Source: Chrysomallon squamiferum (Eukaryota > Animalia > Mollusca). From it: a stretch of 64,000 nucleotides of DNA. The notes under the pieces are model-generated. The model was not told the DNA's origin, ran no database searches, and saw nothing but the letters and a program-made list of their open reading frames with translations. Below are positions 1 to 13,285 of the stretch, one piece after another. The number at the start of each line of letters is the position of its first letter. Position 1 is the first letter of the stretch. The translations under genes were made by a program, and so were the position numbers. The stretch spans positions 6,076,001-6,140,000 of the forward strand of contig CM022677.1 of NCBI GenBank assembly GCA_012295275.1. Direction: 5' to 3'.

Positions 1-895
1 TTCCGTTGTCTAAGTTTTACTGAAATAGAAATTGAATTCCAAATTCTCTGATTTTCCCATCAATAATCTCAGTCTTGACATATATGATGTGATAGGTTTT
101 ACATAATGAAGTAATAAATAATATTTATATAGCGGTTATTGCGTTTATTTTAAAAACAATTCCGCATGAATGAAAACGACATATTACGAATTTAGTACAG
201 GTTCGATTATTCACTATCAGAATGGTAGAAAATGCCTTTAAAATTGTATTATGTTTGTTAAATACTGTCATCTGTTTTAATTTTCATTCTTCATTTTATT
301 ATAAATGTCGAAATCTTTAGTGACTACATTTTGAGCGCTTCATATATAGTGATTGTCAATAATGTATTCTTTTAGTGTTTGGGAATTAGCGATTTAAAGC
401 TTTTACAAGAAAACAATTAAAATAAAATAATTTAGAAAATTGAGCTTGAGTTCAGAATGCTCCATATTTATGAACAAATTGAAATAAAATACATTTTTTT
501 TTTTTTTTTTTTTTTTTTTTCCGGACGCTGTTAACTGAACACAAGACGGAGATTTGACTTTGTCATTTCGAGCTTTTCTTTCCTGGGAAAAAATATCTCT
601 GTGTATACATTTTACCTAGGAAAGAAAAGGTAGAAATGACAAATATTTATCGATAGATAGATGGATAGATAGATTATACAACAAAACATAATTCTTTGTT
701 ACTAAAAACAGAAAGTAGCGGCAACCTATGTCAAAATAAATTACGTTTATTTTTGTAAATTTATTACCGACGCTGTAGATAAACAGAGTGCGAATCACTG
801 CATGTTATGACCACACTTCATATAATAACTAATATCGGGAAATCAATTTAATTATACTGTCATAAAATAATAATTTTACTCAGTGATAATTGTGT

Positions 896-936
<41 letters not shown>

Positions 937-2344
937 GCAAGTGTATCTCAGAGAGAGAGAGATTAGATTAATTACACTTATAAAAATAATAAAATTTATT
1001 ATAATTTACAATTACAGTTATGCTCATAGATTGCGTATATTCGTGATGTTGTTTTAATTTTAATCATATCTCTCTTGTGTCAACTGAATGAACCTGACAT
1101 TGTCAAACATTCAAGAACTCCTCTCTTTAACGCACAGAAACAAATAGTATATATAGATAAGTCAATTAACATAATATATATAATATATTTAATTAATTAG
1201 TTTAAAACCAGTTGTGTGTGTGTATATATATATATATATATGAAATAAAGCTATTTAAAACAGAGAAGATATATATATTATTATTGTTTTATTACTATTG
1301 TGTACACGTAAAATCATATATTCACCTTGTATGCTGTTTTTCATTATTATAGTTTATTTATATATCTTACGAAAAGACCTGATACCGCCAGTTAGTGGTT
1401 CAAGCTTAAACACGATACAATTTTGGCGGCTAAAAGTATTATCTATCTCTGTTCCACTACAAGCCAGCTGATATGTCTATTATTACTATATGTGTTATAG
1501 ACTCTAACCAGCATTTTATAACTTAATTCAGTACACAAACTATGTTAAGGTAGTTGTTAATTTTAATCCTGTTTACTTAACCACAAAAATTATAAAAATT
1601 TCACGATTATTTTTTATCAGAAGAAACATAAGTTTTATAGAAAACTTCAAAGCTTCTACCCCTTCTTTTTTATGAATTGGTATCTTCCCTCGCTAAGTGT
1701 CGTCTGTCAAAACCGGGCTTCACTACTCCAAGAGTAAATTGACATTGCAGTCGAACAAGAGGAGACATTCTTTCAACGGTTAAAATTTTCATTTCTCAAG
1801 ACTAAGTAAGTCAGATTTATGATTATTATTATTGTTGTTGTTGTTATTGTTGTTATTGCTGTTGGTGTTCTAAGATATTTTAAAATAACATTTTCAAAGT
1901 CAATTCCACGATTACTTTATCGTGCTTGGTATATGATTATCACGAAAAATAGCTCGTCACATTGCTAGTGGTGTGCTAAATTCACTTGCAGCATTCATAG
2001 ATATTCATATATGTTTAGTCTGTTGGTTTTTTGTGATTTTTTCTTTGCTTCGTACAATTTATTACAGCTGACTTCCTTTATTACACTAGTTTTGTCTGCC
2101 GGCAATTTACAAAAGACTGTCGTCTTTCTTCTCAAATTAACAGTGAGTTTTAAATTTAGCAAGATCGTAATGTACTTTTATTTTAGAAATAAGACTAAAT
2201 AAATAAACAAACAGTTTATTTGAGAGTATTTATATATTTCTATATAACCATTGGTCGTATGAATTAAGTGGAATTAATATGTAATTTTTACCTCCAGTCG
2301 GTTGTTTTCAATTATTATTATTATTATTATTATTGTTCACAGAT

Positions 2345-2630
2345 ATGGCAACAGCTTCAAACTCCGATGACAACATTTCGTGTTCTCTGTGTTTGGACAT
2401 TTTTGAGAAACCAAGAGGTCTTTCATGTGGACATTCGTTCTGCTCGAAATGCCTGCAGAATTACATCAGCAAAAATTACCACAACAACGACATACAAATC
2501 ACCTGCCCGTTCTGCAGGCAGGATGTCCACATCCCAGACAGCACGAAACAAGTGTATACATGGGCAGATCAATTTCCTATAAACAAGTCACTAGTAGACG
2601 CCATTAACAAAATCGAACATTTAACGATTT
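2345..2630 (+). CDS. Coding exon 1 of a TRIM-NHL-like E3 ligase gene: C3HC4 RING finger
   Basis: Acceptor cag at 2340-2342 and ATG at 2345. Translation MATASNSDDNISCSLCLDIFEKPRGLSCGHSFCSKCL...ITCPFCR shows canonical RING-HC spacing. Donor GTGAGT at 2631 (phase 1). Confidence 0.9.
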
Positions 2631-2888
2631 GTGAGTCATCAGGGTTGTGTTTAGATTCATGATTATAAAAAAATATAAAAATACACTGATCATTTAACTA
2701 AAAATATTTTTTTAGTGTATTAACCATCGTAGTATAAACAAATAGAGTACATTAATCGATAATATTTTTCTACTCATATTTTACATTTAGTTGATAAAAT
2801 AAATTCCCTAACTCACTGTATGCATATCTTTATTAATATTATTGTTGTTATTGTAGTTCTGTTGTTATTATTATAATTAACATTATTA

Positions 2889-2935
<47 letters not shown>

Positions 2936-2941
2936 CTTCAG

Positions 2942-4428
2942 CTCAAAAGAGAGGTCACATGTCACTTTTGAGTTCTGTTTCTGAAAGTCTCAAAACCTTT
3001 AAAGAAATTCTTCAGACAGAGATGGATGATATGATTGAGCAACTTCGCCAAGCCGTCGACATCAACGTAGTGGACACTGCAGAAGAGGTCAGAAGGATTG
3101 GTAACACACTAATAACAGATTTTACTGCCGCAGTCCACAAAGAACAAGACAGGTTAATAAGAGAAATAGAAAAATCTCAGAACTTTGTAAACTCAGAAAT
3201 AGAAAAATTGTTTAGTGAGCACAAACATCTTATTGATGAAAATGAAAAGTTTATAAAACTTGGTGAACATTTGTTAAAAGAAAAATCAGAGTCAGATATA
3301 AAAACAAACCTTCCAAAATTCACTAAACTTCAAAACACAACATCCGAGTTTCTGTCAAATTCTCTTTCAGAAATAGAAAAAGCAGAATTGAAAATAAATC
3401 TCAGAAAATCTGAACAAAAGAAACAGATTTCTGTGCACATTGGAGAAATTTCCACAACCATCCAAACAGACAAACAGATAAACAGACAGATAGACACACT
3501 CAGACATACAGACACCACTAACACAAAAACACAACACACAGACACACAGATAGACAGACTAACAGACACACCCAAACACACAGACACCATTAACACAAAA
3601 ACACAACACACAGACACACAGATAGACAGACAGACAGACACACTCAAACACACAGACACAATTGACATAAAAATACAACAAGATACAAAAAATCCTCGCC
3701 CGGTTTCCCTGCTGGTGTCAGGTGCAGACAAAAGTAAAATTGTTGTTAGTGATTGTTACAATGACTGTGTAAAATGTTTTTGTTTAGAAAGAAAATCACT
3801 GATAAACAGATACAAAACTTCCTCTGAACCTTGGGGTATTGCTGAATCACGTGATCAGCGAGGTGATGTTGTTGTTGTTGTTGCTGTACCAGGTAAACAT
3901 AAAATTTTGTTTTTAAATTTGGAAAACTTCAAACTAACCAAAGTATTTAAAACTGTTAAAGGCTATGAGTTTATCGCTGTGTTACCTGGCAACCGTCTCG
4001 CGGTCACTGGGTACTTTAGTCAGTGCTTGGACATACTGACAGACAGTGGTCAGCTCATTAATTCTATCTCAACAGATTTGATCCCCAGTCCGTCGTGTCT
4101 CACAGTTCACGATCAATGTCTGATTGTTGTGTCAAATGTAAACAGTTTAGTTTGTGTGACGTCATCAGGTGACGTCAGATGGGAGTCACGTGATTCAGAC
4201 AAACTGAGAGTCTTAGAAGGTGTTACATGTGACAGAGAGGGAAATATTTTTGTTTGTGACTGGGTTAGAAATTGTGTTGTTCAGTTGTCACGAGATGGTA
4301 ACATTACACGTGACATCCTCACTGACCAGGATGGACTGTCCAGTCCTAGGCGTGTCTGTTGTGATGACAACAAACTGTACGTGCTACAGTACAATGAAAT
4401 AAAAATATTTACTTGGTGTAAAAAGTAA
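2942..4428 (+). CDS. Coding exon 2 of the TRIM-NHL-like gene: coiled coil, repeat linker and NHL/SMP30-like beta-propeller (spliced product ~590 aa)
   Basis: Acceptor ttcag ends at 2941; the phase-1 join gives ...HLTI-S-QKRGH-MSLL in frame with the 489-aa ORF. Helical E/K/Q-rich N-part, then NHL-like blades (PWGIA, PSCLTV, LEGVTCDREGNIFVCDWVRNCV, PRRVCCD). Stop at 4426-4428, AATAAA at 4504-4509. Confidence 0.88.
3490..3665 (+). repeat. In-frame 72-bp (24-aa) tandem repeat, ~2.5 copies, inside the TRIM-like CDS
   Basis: GACACCA(C/T)TAACACAAAAACACAACAC recurs at 3511 and 3583; unit TDTPKHTDTINTKTQHTDTQIDRQ. Confidence 0.85.
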
Positions 4429-4687
4429 CCTTCACACTGTCTGCTAACTTAGTTTCACTTAACTGTTTTGAAGTTGAAAGTCCACAGACATTTCTTTCTG
4501 ATAAATAAACAGAAAATCAGGTATTTATTTATTGTAAGGTAATTAATTCGGTTAATTAGTTTACTTTCTTTATTTTTATTTGTGTATTATGAATTACTTT
4601 ATAGTTTATCCTTGCTAAGTTACACAATAGATTTCACTTTAAAACAAACTCTGATTTACTTTTGAAATTTTCACCAAGTTTTGTCAT

Positions 4688-4690
<3 letters not shown>

Positions 4691-4768
<78 letters not shown>
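4691..4768. repeat. (TC)n microsatellite
   Basis: Pure dinucleotide run; representative of many (CA)n, (AG)n, (ATT)n and (ACT)n runs in the window. Confidence 0.95.
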
Positions 4769-4775
<7 letters not shown>

Positions 4776-7475
4776 TCTTACATCTAAACTATTGTTTATT
4801 TCAAATAATATTTAAAATATACTTGTACAATCAAAACTGTAATAAAATATTTATATGATAATCATTAATATTCTTCTGTCTTTATTTCATTTAAATTTTA
4901 AAACTGTTTTACATTGTTTCTTGATATCTTTTTCTGTATGGCTACCTATATATTCACCTAACTGTATGAATGTATGTGTATCTGTCTGTCTGTATAATAT
5001 AATTAATGTGTATAATATCAGTGCAGAAAAAAAATAGTTCACTGTTGAGATTTATTATAAATTTATTATTAACGGCTAATATAGATTATTGTTTTGGCGA
5101 TCCCTAGCATTTGCAACATTTGAAAAAGCTCTGTGACACTTTCCCCGCAGGTCGTGTGAAATGTTTCAACACGTGCAAAAGGTGCGCGCCGGCGGCCCAC
5201 GTGCGGAGAAAAATTTCCAACATTTACATTTTTATTCTGGTTGACATATTTTATATATTTCTCTGTTAGACATGAAGTTAAGTTTAATTTCTTAATTATT
5301 TATTTTTTTAATCCAAAGAAAGTAATAAAAAAAAAGAAGGAAAGAACAAAGATAGACATACACACGCACACATATACACACACATACAAATACTCAGGCA
5401 CACACACATACACACAAACACACCACATACACACAGACAAACACACACATATACACACACATACAAATACTCAGACACACACACATACACACAAACACAG
5501 CACATACAGACATACACACACACACATACACATACACACCACATACACACACAAACAATAAAAATAAAATCGGAGAATCAACCGCACAAACGAAAATTGC
5601 TAAGCCAGGAAAATAAAAAAACAAACAACAAAACAGAATCGATGTTTTAAAAACATGACTAAATGTGAAACTGGATACCTCACTTGAGGTCTACAGACAC
5701 GTGTTTTAAATCCGGGTGTTAGCGATCATGTTTCGTCTTTATTTAGTGTGCACGTTCAAGTTAGTTTGAGTAGGGAACAGTTCACAATATTCACTTAGCA
5801 GGGGCACATTGGTGGAACTGCGATCTGAAGAATTGTTTTATTTACTTATTATTTTTTTAGTTTATTCTGCATCTGGTTAGTGATATTATTGTTGTTATTG
5901 TTGCTGCTGTTGCTGTTGTTGTTACTATTTTTGGATCAGTTTATTTATTTCCGAACAATAACAATGATAGCACGAATATGAACATTAACTGTAATAATTT
6001 TACGTACACAAAATACTCAAACACATACGTACTGACATAAATACCCTCATATACAAACATACACACATGTATACACACAGATTATTCTCATTGTGCAGTC
6101 TAAACGTAACAAAACAGAATACTGATTCCTGTATAAATAAATATACACAAATATATCTACACCAACATTAACACAAATATGTTCATACACAGATAGAAGC
6201 GGGCGCGCGCACATACACACGTGTATATTAAACTACTGTTTTAATAGTTGCTTTTCTTCTTCTACTTCGTCTTATTGTTGTTGTTGTTGTTATTATTATT
6301 ATTATTATTATTATAACTATTATTATTATTATTACTACTACTACTACTGCTGCTACTACTACTACTAGTATTATTATTATTATCGTTATTATTATTATTA
6401 ATGGCATTGTTGATATAGACAGCAATACAGATATCATGTAAGACAAAACAGATAAGAAAACAACAACAAAACCGAAAAACAAAAAAACATAAAAAAGAAA
6501 GAAACAACAACAATATATTCCTAGATGTGTAAGTAATAGATACTTAGACACAAAACATATACTTCTACAGACACACACACGGTGATACGCATACAGAAGA
6601 AAACACACAAAACATGCACAAAGTTAACTTACATAGATACAAACAGAATGAAGATATAAAACACACACAATGTTTACTTAAATAGATAAAAATAGTATTA
6701 CACATATAACAGAGAGAATGATAAATACAAATACAAAATATACTGTTATAGATATACACACTATCAAGCATATTATGGAGGAAAACATACAAAACACGAA
6801 CAAAGTGTGCTCACATATATAAACACACTGATACACATAAAGTAGATAACAGACAAAACACGCACGAAGTATACTTATATAAATATACACACAGTGATAA
6901 TCATAAAGTAAATAAAAGTCAAAAGTATACTTATTTTGATGCACACTCAACGATACACATAATGTAGATAATGTAGATAAAACACGTACAAAATACACTT
7001 ACATAGCCACACACATAATACTAAATGTTAACACTAAATACCGCGTCATTCACATTGATGAAATATTTCCGGAATGAACTTACACAATGTGCTAAGACTG
7101 ATTTGGCGCTAACAAAATGTAACTTTGTTTCTTACATCTTTAATGCACACTTTGAGAAAAAGCAACTCTGTCATGAAACGTGTGTTTGTATGTGTTTACA
7201 CACCTCTCTCTGTGTATGTGGATGTGTGTGTATACATATATATGAAGCATTATTAGTAACATAACCACCAATATTGCATCTACTAGCACACTACGATAAC
7301 GATCACCCCAATAACATTTTGACTACCACAACGAATGTTGTTTGCAATACCCACCACAACTACTTCTACTGTAACCACCATTACTATTACAGCCACTAAT
7401 GCTATTACTACAACTACTAATACCACTACTAGTTGTACCAATATTGCGAATGGTATTTTTGCTGTTTATTACCAA

Positions 7476-7528
<53 letters not shown>

Positions 7529-7840
7529 GGACTAATATGACGACTGCACATAACAGTAATTAGAAAACCACAGCTGCAAAATGATTGAGAGGGAAACGTT
7601 TTGTTTCTAAAATTATTTACCAGTGTAACCCATGCTAAACACTCAGAAAACAAAATACGAGTATGTTCTATCCGTTTTATTTTTTTAGCTAATAATGTTA
7701 CAGTCTTTAATTATTTTTATTTTTATTAGCAATATTAGTATTAGTATTAGTGACAGTGTAAAAGATTTCGCTGGCATTTCAGTTAAAACAGGTTTTTGTA
7801 TTTTTCAACTGCAAGATTGATTTAATATTTGACTAAACAT

Positions 7841-7951
<111 letters not shown>

Positions 7952-8161
7952 ACTGTGTTTTTAGGTAAATTTACGTGTTAAATACAGTTATTTCAATTAG
8001 AACGTGAAGCTTCAAGATATTGCGCCAAGGCTAATGTGCACGTGCAAGATCTAAATATTGATTTTTTCTGTGAATTCACCTGTTTCTATAAAATGTTTTA
8101 GAGCAAAATATTGCAATAGTACTAGTTCTTTTAATGTCACCATATTGTATTTGTCTTTTAA

Positions 8162-8217
<56 letters not shown>

Positions 8218-8222
8218 CATCA

Positions 8223-8266
<44 letters not shown>

Positions 8267-8771
8267 ACTTACGGAGTTACTGTAAAAAGTTAATTTAACT
8301 TTTTTCATTTAGAGTTCTTTAGTTAGATTCGACTATAAACAATTTGTATTATCTCAAATATTAGTATATTTAACACACGCTCACACACATGTTGACATCA
8401 AAACTGCTTATTTAGCATCTTATATGAAAGCTGTCATTCAGTAAGAAAGAAAACAAAGTGAAATTAGATGTGTGTGAAAAACGTGCAAACTGAACTAACA
8501 AGGAGGACACTACAGCTGACATGTAAACTTTTGTAATCCACTAAATGATTTGTTTCAACCTGTTAATCACAGAGAACTCCCTCGTTAGACATCTAGCAGT
8601 AGCTGAAATACCTGACGGGTGGTAATGCATAACTTTGAATTTACAGGTGGAAACGTTTTAAGTCCATGTCCTAGAAACACACACACACACACACACACAA
8701 TAACACACACAGACACACACACAGACACACACACACACACATGCACACACACACAATCACACACACAAAAC

Positions 8772-8802
<31 letters not shown>

Positions 8803-8889
8803 ACACACACACACACATGCACACACACACAAACACACAATCACAAAACCACACACACACACACCAACACACACACAGTCACACACACA

Positions 8890-10787
8890 CACATACGTAT
8901 ATATCTCTCTATTTACATCCTTTTTAATTATTTAATTACACTCTTTCTAGCTATTTATAAATATATTTATTTATCTATCTATTTATGCCATATACATAAG
9001 CAACAGAGTCAGTCGTTCTTACAGATGTGCAGGTATACTCATGCCTCCTTGCATCTATCTATCTTTCTAGTAATCGATCTACCTTTCTTCTGTCTATCAA
9101 TTTACCTGTCTGTTATCATCTACCATCCATCCACCCTTTTTCACACACACACACATGCAGTTATTTATTATTTTATATACACATACATACTAATCATCTT
9201 CTAAACATACAAATACATAATCATTCCTATACACGTGTGTGTGTATGTATATATGTATGTATGTATGTGTGTGTATTCATATGGATAGATCCATCCATCC
9301 AACCAGCGACGGTGAAAACTATTTATTTCATTTTAATTTATTTTATTTCAGTTATTTTATTTTATTTATTTACTTATTTTATTATTTTTTTTTTTTACTT
9401 TTTTTACTTATTATTATTATTATTATTTTTTTTTTTGGCTGGCGATGTCATAATAATATGTGAAAAAAAATAGTACGAAATGGGTACGAGATGGTATATT
9501 ACGTCAACGTCAGAAAAAACAGAATAAATAAACAAATGTTACCAACTTTTCAGCAATTACTACAGTGTATTAGCCATCTATGTATAAGAGACATTGGTTA
9601 TATGACATACTTCTCCAAATTACTTTTAATGATCCATGTAGAATTATTGCATTATAAAGGTCTACATGTTTAAAAGTGTGTAAATATTGATCGGCGTTCG
9701 ATGCTGCCATCTTGGATTTGGACCGGAAGTTTCAGTGAGGTCACAGAAGTTTTTAAACTTCCAAATTGAATTATTTTACGTCAATTTTCTGAACTTTTTA
9801 TAATTTACAATGATAAAGATGGTTGTTACAAAACTGTGATCTCTTCCGTCTTTCCTTTTTAAACTAAAATAAATGAATTAAATAAATAAAATAAATAAAT
9901 AAAATTAAATGAAAAACATTAAATGAAATAGCAATTTTACAATAATTCATTAAATAATAATATAACGTTAAATAAACCCAAAATACAGTAAACTGGTTAG
10001 TTAAAAGAAAAAGAAAACGCAGGGAATGTTAATAAGCTGGTTCTGTCTGCTACAAAACATTATACAGAATTGATTATTTTCATCTAAAAACAGCAAATCT
10101 AATTTACCGTCACCTCGCATATGCGAGGAGTAATCTATTTCAGAAATTCGTGGTCTAAGAGAAACAACTCTATTTAACACACTTGTTGGTAAAAATACAA
10201 AAAAGACTGAGTATCGTAAAATTAAAAAAAATAAATAAAAAAAATTCAAAGCAAAAGAGTTCAAACTGAATATATATCATTCACTGAATTCAGTAAATTC
10301 ACTAAAATTATTTTATTTAAAACTAGTGGTAAGTTGGTTTAATTCTGGTCCCCGAGGTCTATTATGACATGCAGCCGCTATACTCCATTTTTTAGTCCTA
10401 TAGACATAAGGTTAGTGATAAGTTATGACAGATAATCAGTTATTAAGTTCAGCAGAAGAAACTTGATTAATATGTAGTAATTAGGCAAGAAATATGCTTT
10501 TTATTTTACTCCACCACTTGGGGCAATTCTGGTACCCATGGATGAGGTAAATGTGGCCCCATATTTGGAGGAACCGGTGGATGCAGCCAAAGAAAACGTT
10601 GATGTGATGAGCCTGAACTAGAAGACAGAGATGTAGTAGATACACAAGAAAAATGTGAACTCTGTGGCAGAGTTCATGATGGAATGAATTCTGACGAGTT
10701 CATAGGATGTGACGGGTGCCCAAGTTGGTATTGTCTTGATTATTGCGCAAATCTTGAAATCCCAGCTGGTGCAGACTTTAAAGATAT
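8890..10787 (+). repeat. Left arm of a ~2 kb diverged inverted repeat (partner 29995-32130)
   Basis: For example 9010-9043 CAGTCGTTCTTACAGATGTGCAGGTATACTCATG is the reverse complement of 31987-32020. Colinear matches continue to GCAGACTTTAAAGATAT (10771-10787 / 29995-30011). The ORF track shows paired near-identical peptides on opposite strands. Confidence 0.92.
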
Positions 10788-10795
10788 CTACTTGT
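10323..10795 (+). mobile_element. Internally deleted DNA-transposon relic with PHD-finger remnant (pogo/Tigger-like by inference)
   Basis: CELCGRV..GMNSDEFIGCDGCPSWYCLDYCANL is a PHD-like Cys pattern with a frameshift. TIR-like motif GGGGCAATTCTGG at ~10520; homologous to 29845-30661. Confidence 0.55.
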
Positions 10796-12450
10796 ACTGT
10801 TTGTATGTATGTCTGTCTATGGATTTATTTCTCTGTAGGTCTATCTGTCTCACTGTCTATCCGTCTCTCTGTCTATCTATCTGTCCTCCTATCTATCTAA
10901 CCTCTCAGATTACAGTGATAAGAAATTAAAATTTCAGTAAAAAATGTATAAACACTGTTGAAAATATTGGGAGCGGTTCAGTGTATTCTGAAAATACTGA
11001 AGGATCTTCGAGATTAACATTAATATTAATAAATTAATTAATTTATTTATTTATTTTGTTAACTGTTTTATGTCATAGAAAACAAAGCTTGTCCCTGTAC
11101 ACTACAGTTGAAATGTCCTTTGTTTTGCAGTAAAGAAAAAAAAATGTTCTTGTTCAAGTAAAGTGTAACTCAGTTTTCACCATCCTTTTATCAGAATCAT
11201 TTTAATAATTTGTTATTCATAAAGTTTTGAGAAAAAATAACGTTACATGTTATTATGAGGAACGCTATTTAGCACACATATTAGAACTGAATGACAATAG
11301 TTTATTTGCTTCAAGCAGACCTCTTTATACTAACACATTTAAACTCAGCGAAAGAACCATAATGTTTTACATTTATATGTAGCTCTCTAGATTATTCCTA
11401 GTTGAATATTAAGTGTCTAATTATGAATTTAATTCTTAGAGGAGATAATAGAAAATCACTTCTGCAGATAACACGTGCCTTTCTGACTTTTCCTATTGTT
11501 AATGGAAAAGTATTTCAATTAATATTCTGAAAGGAAATATTTCTACTATAAAATAAGAATATAATTACCAAGATATTCAGTTTTGCATGTAATAAAAATA
11601 AATATTTGTATCTGTCTTCAGAAAAATGTTTCATCCTTTTAATATCGTTTATAATAAAATATTTATTTTTTTCTCTTGTCCCGTAAGCTTTTAAAAAAGT
11701 ATCAATTTATTTGCATAAACTGTGCTCAGAAAAAAACGAAAATTGAAAACAAAAATTAGAAAAGAAATCAAAACAAATGTGTACATTTTTATTGTTGTAA
11801 TACAAGAAAGTTTATACAAATAAGCTAAGATTGAGTAAAAAAAGAAATAAACAAAAATAAAATACCTGACATTTTCTTTAATTGTACTACTTTACTTAAT
11901 TTAATTCAGTCAGAACTATTTTCTCTGGAATATTAACATAATAATATGTTTGCTGTACTACAAAACATATTTCTATATTTAGAAAATATAGCTAGCTCAT
12001 CCGGATTAAGGACTTCTTCTTTATTTTATTCATTTTAATTGATTTTATTTTGTTTTTGATATATTAAAAATCAAACATCCGAACACAAACAACGTGTTGT
12101 CTCATTGTCTCAATTTATTCCTGAAAACTGCTGGTAGTAAATTAAAACGTAAATTCTGTCTAGCGTTCTCAAATTATCTTCAGAAAACTATGCTCCTAGA
12201 AACAAAATATGATATTTATGTCATTAATTCTCAAGTTATTAATATAAATTGCTGAGATTCCGTTAAGGTAGCAGCTAGGTTTTAAAGTTATACTATTCTG
12301 TTCTTTACAAAATATTTTTAAAGTTTTATAGAAGACGTAGTGGTAGGCATGTTTTTTATTTATTTATTTATTTTTTTCAAATTGTAATATTAATACAGTA
12401 GCTATCTCCTAGTAGAATAAAATGTAACTGTAAGTGAAATTATCAGTATT

Positions 12451-12620
12451 TTTTATGATGCAAAATAGAGGTAAAACATAGTAAAACATCACGTTATTTT
12501 CACTCAGTATCAATTTATGATATAAACGTCGCAGGTTTTATGTATAAAACGTGAATTACGTCGCGTTTTACAAAACAGAAAACTTCGCTTATCTCTGTGA
12601 ATTTTAATTTTAATGTCGTT
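12451..12620 (+). repeat. Left arm of an inner ~170 bp inverted repeat (partner 27757-27916)
   Basis: TTTTATGATGCAAAATAGAG...CTTATCTCTGTGAATTTTAATTTTAATGTCGTT is the reverse complement of 27757-27916 with few differences. Confidence 0.88.
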
Positions 12621-12845
12621 AAATATATCCTTTTTCTGAGAACTTCATAATAATTATTGTAAACACTCGCGAAAACAAATGTGATTTCTTCAAGTGAGAA
12701 TAATTCAGTAAATAAATAAATAAAAACATCTACATTGTTTATGTAAACATTAGTTTAACCAATCAGATGCTGAGATTCCGGGCACCTGCCATCGTATTCG
12801 AATGTTTTAAATCTTTGAATTAGATCAATAAAATTGATTCTTTCC

Positions 12846-12887
<42 letters not shown>

Positions 12888-13285
12888 CATAATAATAATA
12901 ATAATTTTAAAAATCGCTCATTACTAGTCCTGCAGAGCTGTTATTCAGGAAGAACATTTTGTGGAACAATATTCGAATCGGGGCCGACGACTCATTTTTA
13001 AATTTTATTTAATTTTATTTATTTATTTATTTATTTATTTTTAATTTTAATTTTTTATTTGTTTTATTTATTTATTTATTTTTATTATTTTTATTATTTT
13101 TTTTTGTATTTTGGTTTTTTGTCAGTTTTTAGCTCGGGAATTTTGTGACGTCAATTAAGCGCTGTGAAGACAGTGTTATTGGCGTCCCTACACAAAGTAG
13201 CTGAAAGTTTCGTAAACAGACTTTCGTAAAGGGAGCTCGCATTCTTAAAAATCTTTTAAAACTGTGACATATGTTTCTTGCACAG

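Noticed and set aside
1690-1811. Possible 5' UTR exon of the TRIM-like gene (donor GTAAGT at 1806)
   Set aside because: Plausible because an acceptor precedes the ATG, but it cannot be supported without transcripts.
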